A stretch of 64,000 bases of DNA, taken from UHGV virus genome UHGV-0010228, one strand, 5' to 3'. Under the pieces are notes generated by a model. It had not been told where the DNA came from and searched no databases. It was given only the letters and a program-made list of their open reading frames with translations. This stretch comes from a virus. Below, one piece after another: positions 61,010-64,000 of this stretch. Both the position numbers and the translations under genes were made by a program. The stretch's first letter is position 1; each line of letters starts with the position of its first letter.

Positions 61010-61420
61010 ATATACCACAACTACCACTCCGTAGAATATACACACTTTGTCTCGCGATCATGCAACATGTTAACCATGACCTAACACCCCGTCGCCACCG
61101 TTTGCTTCTTCGGATCTTCAAGCTTTCGAAAACCCGCTTAAAATATACTACCCGCCACGTTACACGGTTTGCTATCTACATCGGCTCTTTCGAATGCAGA
61201 ATGCTCAAATGTTGAAACTTTAAATATCACTTAAGGACATTTATCATTACAACGCAATCATAGCATTAAATGTGCAGATTTAGATAGCAACAAATAATGC
61301 AATCATGTTTCGAGTATATTCTAAACGGGGAGGTTCTCTAATTGCACCGCCACGCCCAGTGAGGATGTTAGTCACCTACAGCAGTAATTGCGTAGAGCTA
61401 TATAACATCGTTAATTATAA
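61010..61420. other. GC-rich ORF-free island within about 940-bp non-coding region (candidate structured RNA / cis element)
   Basis: local GC far above flanks, no ORF with RBS, only an 85-aa spurious ORF. Confidence 0.3.
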
Positions 61421-61901
61421 CCTAGTTATTTATTATCTTTAGTATATTATATAAAAGATTAGCTTCTTATTGTATCTAATCTATCTAGTAGAGTATTTAT
61501 TACCATCTACTAAATCTAGTCTATATAATATAAAATTCTTATATTATAATCATATTATAAACTATCATATTGTAAAGTGTCCTGATAATATTAATTGACA
61601 CGAATGTGAAGCCTATGTATATACTTCGAATTACAACAATATCGTTTTTAGATATCTTATTGACTAGCTATTAGTATTATTATGAACTATATAGCAATTC
61701 TTATCATATAATATCAATAAGAGATAGCGCGATTAAAAAATAAAAATAATCAATCAAAAAAGAATATCGCTAAATATAATATAACTATATTATAGAATTA
61801 TTCGTCACATAATTAATTTTAAATCCCATTTAAAATTAATTTCTATAATTATGTTATATCAATATAAAAAAATAAAATCAAAAACCATTTTGTTATTATT
61901 A

Positions 61902-62501
61902 TCAAATCATGCCCATCATCATCAGATTATTCTGCTGCAGCATTTGTTGCTGTTGCATCATATCAATATGTTGTTGTTGCATTTGTTGCTGTTGCATCTG
62001 AGCAAATAATAATGCAAGCGATTGACGATCCTTTGGTGACATATGAGTATTAATTCTATCTATCAATTCTTTTCGTGTCACACATCTTAATTCATCATAA
62101 ATGAAAAAATAGAATTTAGTCGTACCGATAATTGATTTAAATTCCATAACAGCAAATTTGACGCCATGAGTTTTAGTATTGATATATGTAATTTTAGTTT
62201 TAATTTTTGCATTATCATACTCTATTTTTTTAGTATATTTCCTCTCTTTAGCTTGCACTATTAATAATTCTTTAAACAATGCATCATCTTCCATCGCATG
62301 TTTAAGTGCTATCTCAAGACCTCCATTAAATTCTCTAGATCCATCATCAAATGTGTTACAATATAATCTAACCAATTCAGTATCTGATGCTTTTTCTAAT
62401 TTTTTCGGAAGGTTCCTTATAGCATTAAATATCTTTCCTTCATATGCATAATCATTATCTATTACATTATATGATTCTAATGTATTATATAAATCAAACA
62501 T
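61902..62501 (-). CDS. hypothetical protein with Q/M-rich C-terminal tail
   Basis: 199-aa ORF ending QQQQMQQQHIDMMQQQQMLQQNNLMMMGMI; RBS AAGGAGG. Confidence 0.5.
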   Translation of the reverse strand: MFDLYNTLESYNVIDNDYAYEGKIFNAIRNLPKKLEKASDTELVRLYCNTFDDGSREFNGGLEIALKHAMEDDALFKELLIVQAKERKYTKKIEYDNAKIKTKITYINTKTHGVKFAVMEFKSIIGTTKFYFFIYDELRCVTRKELIDRINTHMSPKDRQSLALLFAQMQQQQMQQQHIDMMQQQQMLQQNNLMMMGMI

Positions 62502-62566
62502 TATAATACCTCCTTATATTATATATAATATTAATATAATGTATAATAAAAAAAAAACAAGTGAAT
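62502..62566 (-). promoter_or_regulatory. duplicated promoter/5'UTR cassette copy B
   Basis: near-identical to 60897-60960. Confidence 0.5.
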
Positions 62567-62584
62567 GAATCACATGATACAGTG

Positions 62585-62656
62585 GATCTATACAAATCAA
62601 CATTATAATGAGTCGGCCCCGACTATTCATATAATATTAATATTGTATAGATCCTA
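62585..62656. other. 72-nt stem-loop: 12-bp perfect outer stem enclosing GC hairpin agtcgg-cc-ccgact
   Basis: ggatctatacaa...ttgtatagatcc. Confidence 0.4.
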
Positions 62657-62900
62657 GTATCATAGCACAATCTGCAGAATAGCAGAAGGTTGATAGTCTT
62701 CCTTTCCTTTCTATAATATCTACTTTCACATGATACTATCATGTTACGTTAGAATGATATTTCATTCAAGTGATCAATATTTTAGATTTTGTCTATCCTT
62801 TATATTTTTAATACTTTGACAAATTGAGGAAATTTATATAGTTTTATAACACCACCCTACAAGTTACCGCTAACCCAGTAACCCCGATGTTAATATGCTA

Positions 62901-62971
62901 GCTAGGATAAATCATCTTACATGCAATGCAACACGAGAATGTAGTAATGCAGCAAGATAATTTATCCTAGC
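62901..62971. other. 71-nt long-stem hairpin (12-bp perfect + extended imperfect stem)
   Basis: gctaggataaat...atttatcctagc. Confidence 0.4.
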
Positions 62972-62985
62972 CTATATAAGTTCAC

Positions 62986-62998
62986 TTTAATAATATAT
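62986..62998 (-). promoter_or_regulatory. promoter-like motif ATATATTATTAAA with no protein gene for about 490 nt downstream
   Basis: exact motif; downstream minus-strand region contains the two long hairpins. Confidence 0.5.
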
Positions 62999-63012
62999 AA
63001 GTATAATTTTAA

Positions 63013-63423
63013 TCATTTATGCTGAAGAAAGAGCATTTTTAATCTCTCCAATAATGTATGTTTATCAGTATGATTATCCATATTTACACAATCATACATA
63101 TATGCTACAATTTTATCAATAACATAGTTGACCAATCTAGGAATTTCATATCTACCCTTCGAATATTCGTATTCGCAATTATATGAGCGAGTTACTATTT
63201 CATCATATACCACACTTTTATAACTTATCATCACCCATATTGATCGATTATCGTTTTCTTCTAAACTATTAGTCATCTTAACTGTAATTGGAAATTTAGG
63301 GCCTAAATAAAATTCATCTGAATGGATCGTTTGAGATTCATAGTTAGATATTTTTCTAATTAATCTTTCGATCTTATATCTTAACATCATTTCCGGCGCT
63401 TCATTTAATATAAACTTATCCAT
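63013..63423 (-). CDS. hypothetical protein
   Basis: 136-aa ORF. Confidence 0.5.
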   Translation of the reverse strand: MDKFILNEAPEMMLRYKIERLIRKISNYESQTIHSDEFYLGPKFPITVKMTNSLEENDNRSIWVMISYKSVVYDEIVTRSYNCEYEYSKGRYEIPRLVNYVIDKIVAYMYDCVNMDNHTDKHTLLERLKMLFLQHK

Positions 63424-63452
63424 ATAAATTTCCTTTCAAAAAAAAAAAATAA

Positions 63453-63476
63453 GAGAGCTATTATATAATAGCTCTC
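63453..63476. terminator. hairpin terminator
   Basis: gagagctatta-ta-taatagctctc. Confidence 0.6.
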
Positions 63477-63500
63477 CATAATTAATATTAATTATTAAGT

Positions 63501-63962
63501 TTAAAGTTCTTCCTTTAACCATGGAGGAACTGCATTTGACACCTTAAGTGCTGAATGCTTCTTTGTCTTCATAACTCTACCAGTATCTACCGGAATTGAC
63601 TTTCCATCTGGCTGAGTTTCAAACTTCTTAATTGCAGTTTTCTTTTCAGCAACATCTGTTACTGAAATTGCCATCTGAGTTTCTTCCTTATCTGTAATAG
63701 GGAATACATACTTTCTTCCAGCCTTGATGTAATCCTTAATTACAGTACCAGCAACTTCCATAACTGCAGATGCCTGTTCCTTTGAGAATGTAACTGTATC
63801 GATCTGATTTACTTCTTCCTTATCAAGTCCTAACTGCTTAAGTGTAGGCTTGAGTGATTCTCTATATCTTGTAGCTGGCTTTGTTTCAGTTGCTACAGGC
63901 TCACCATCTGCACCTACAGAACTCTTCTTATATTCATTCTGCACATATTCTGGTGAATTCAT
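63501..63962 (-). CDS. hypothetical protein (locally GC-richer gene)
   Basis: 153-aa ORF; composition differs from neighbours. Confidence 0.5.
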   Translation of the reverse strand: MNSPEYVQNEYKKSSVGADGEPVATETKPATRYRESLKPTLKQLGLDKEEVNQIDTVTFSKEQASAVMEVAGTVIKDYIKAGRKYVFPITDKEETQMAISVTDVAEKKTAIKKFETQPDGKSIPVDTGRVMKTKKHSALKVSNAVPPWLKEEL

Positions 63963-64000
63963 TAAAGCCTGAGCAAGACCTACAAGATCTGTAGTTGATG

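Noticed and set aside
61010-61420. GC-rich island as a second group I intron or as tRNA/tmRNA
   Set aside because: There is no P7 pair (no GACTA/TAGTC R/S elements on either strand) and no flanking interrupted gene. There is no cloverleaf with a GTTCGAATCC-type T-arm and no tmRNA-like GGGG...CCACCA end.
1-64000. CRISPR arrays, tRNA genes, integrase/attachment sites, transposases
   Set aside because: No regularly spaced direct repeats of 25-40 bp, no tRNA-like structures and no recombinase motifs were recognised by eye.

Overview
The window is an AT-rich (roughly 28-30% GC) segment of a large, probably jumbo-class, bacteriophage of a low-GC Firmicute. The host guess rests on the endolysin, which pairs an Amidase_2 catalytic domain with Cu_amine_oxidN1-type cell-wall-binding repeats.

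Coordinates 1-40250 are mostly a minus-strand early/middle module:
- Recombination and repair: SbcC/Rad50-like ATPase, Mre11/SbcD nuclease, RusA resolvase, PD-(D/E)xK nuclease, NAD-dependent DNA ligase, RNase H.
- Replication: an SF2 helicase, a Dda-like SF1 helicase and a DnaB-like helicase.
- Nucleotide metabolism: NrdD, NrdG, DHFR, ThyA, thymidylate-kinase-like protein, dUTPase.
- Transcription: two paralogous RNA polymerase beta-prime C-terminal halves (bridge helix plus trigger loop) in divergent orientation, and a beta-subunit fragment. This split multisubunit RNAP arrangement is known from phiKZ- and AR9-like phages.

Coordinates 40400-59700 are structural, dominated by a 3987-aa protein carrying glucosaminidase, papain-like peptidase and M23 peptidase domains plus Gly/Ala-rich transmembrane repeats. 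It looks like a giant tape-measure or ejection protein.

Main findings:
1. An ORF-less 316-nt group I intron splits nrdD inside the Tyr codon that follows the glycyl-radical Gly. P1, P10, P, Q, R, S and omega-G were all identified by eye. The spliced product restores the canonical ...RRTCGYLGS... C-terminus.
2. A nearly invariant 13-nt motif, ATATATTATT(T/A)AA, sits 20-50 nt upstream of at least 15 minus-strand early/middle genes and is absent from the structural genes. I read it as a phage-specific promoter.
3. Two adjacent YD/RHS-repeat proteins.
4. Two GC-rich islands: a highly structured small gene at 35008-35400 and a 400-bp ORF-free island at 61010-61420.
5. A duplicated promoter cassette of about 65 bp.
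6. Several long perfect palindromes, including a 41-bp one next to a (TA)7 tract in an intergenic region.

No CRISPR array, tRNA or rRNA was recognised.
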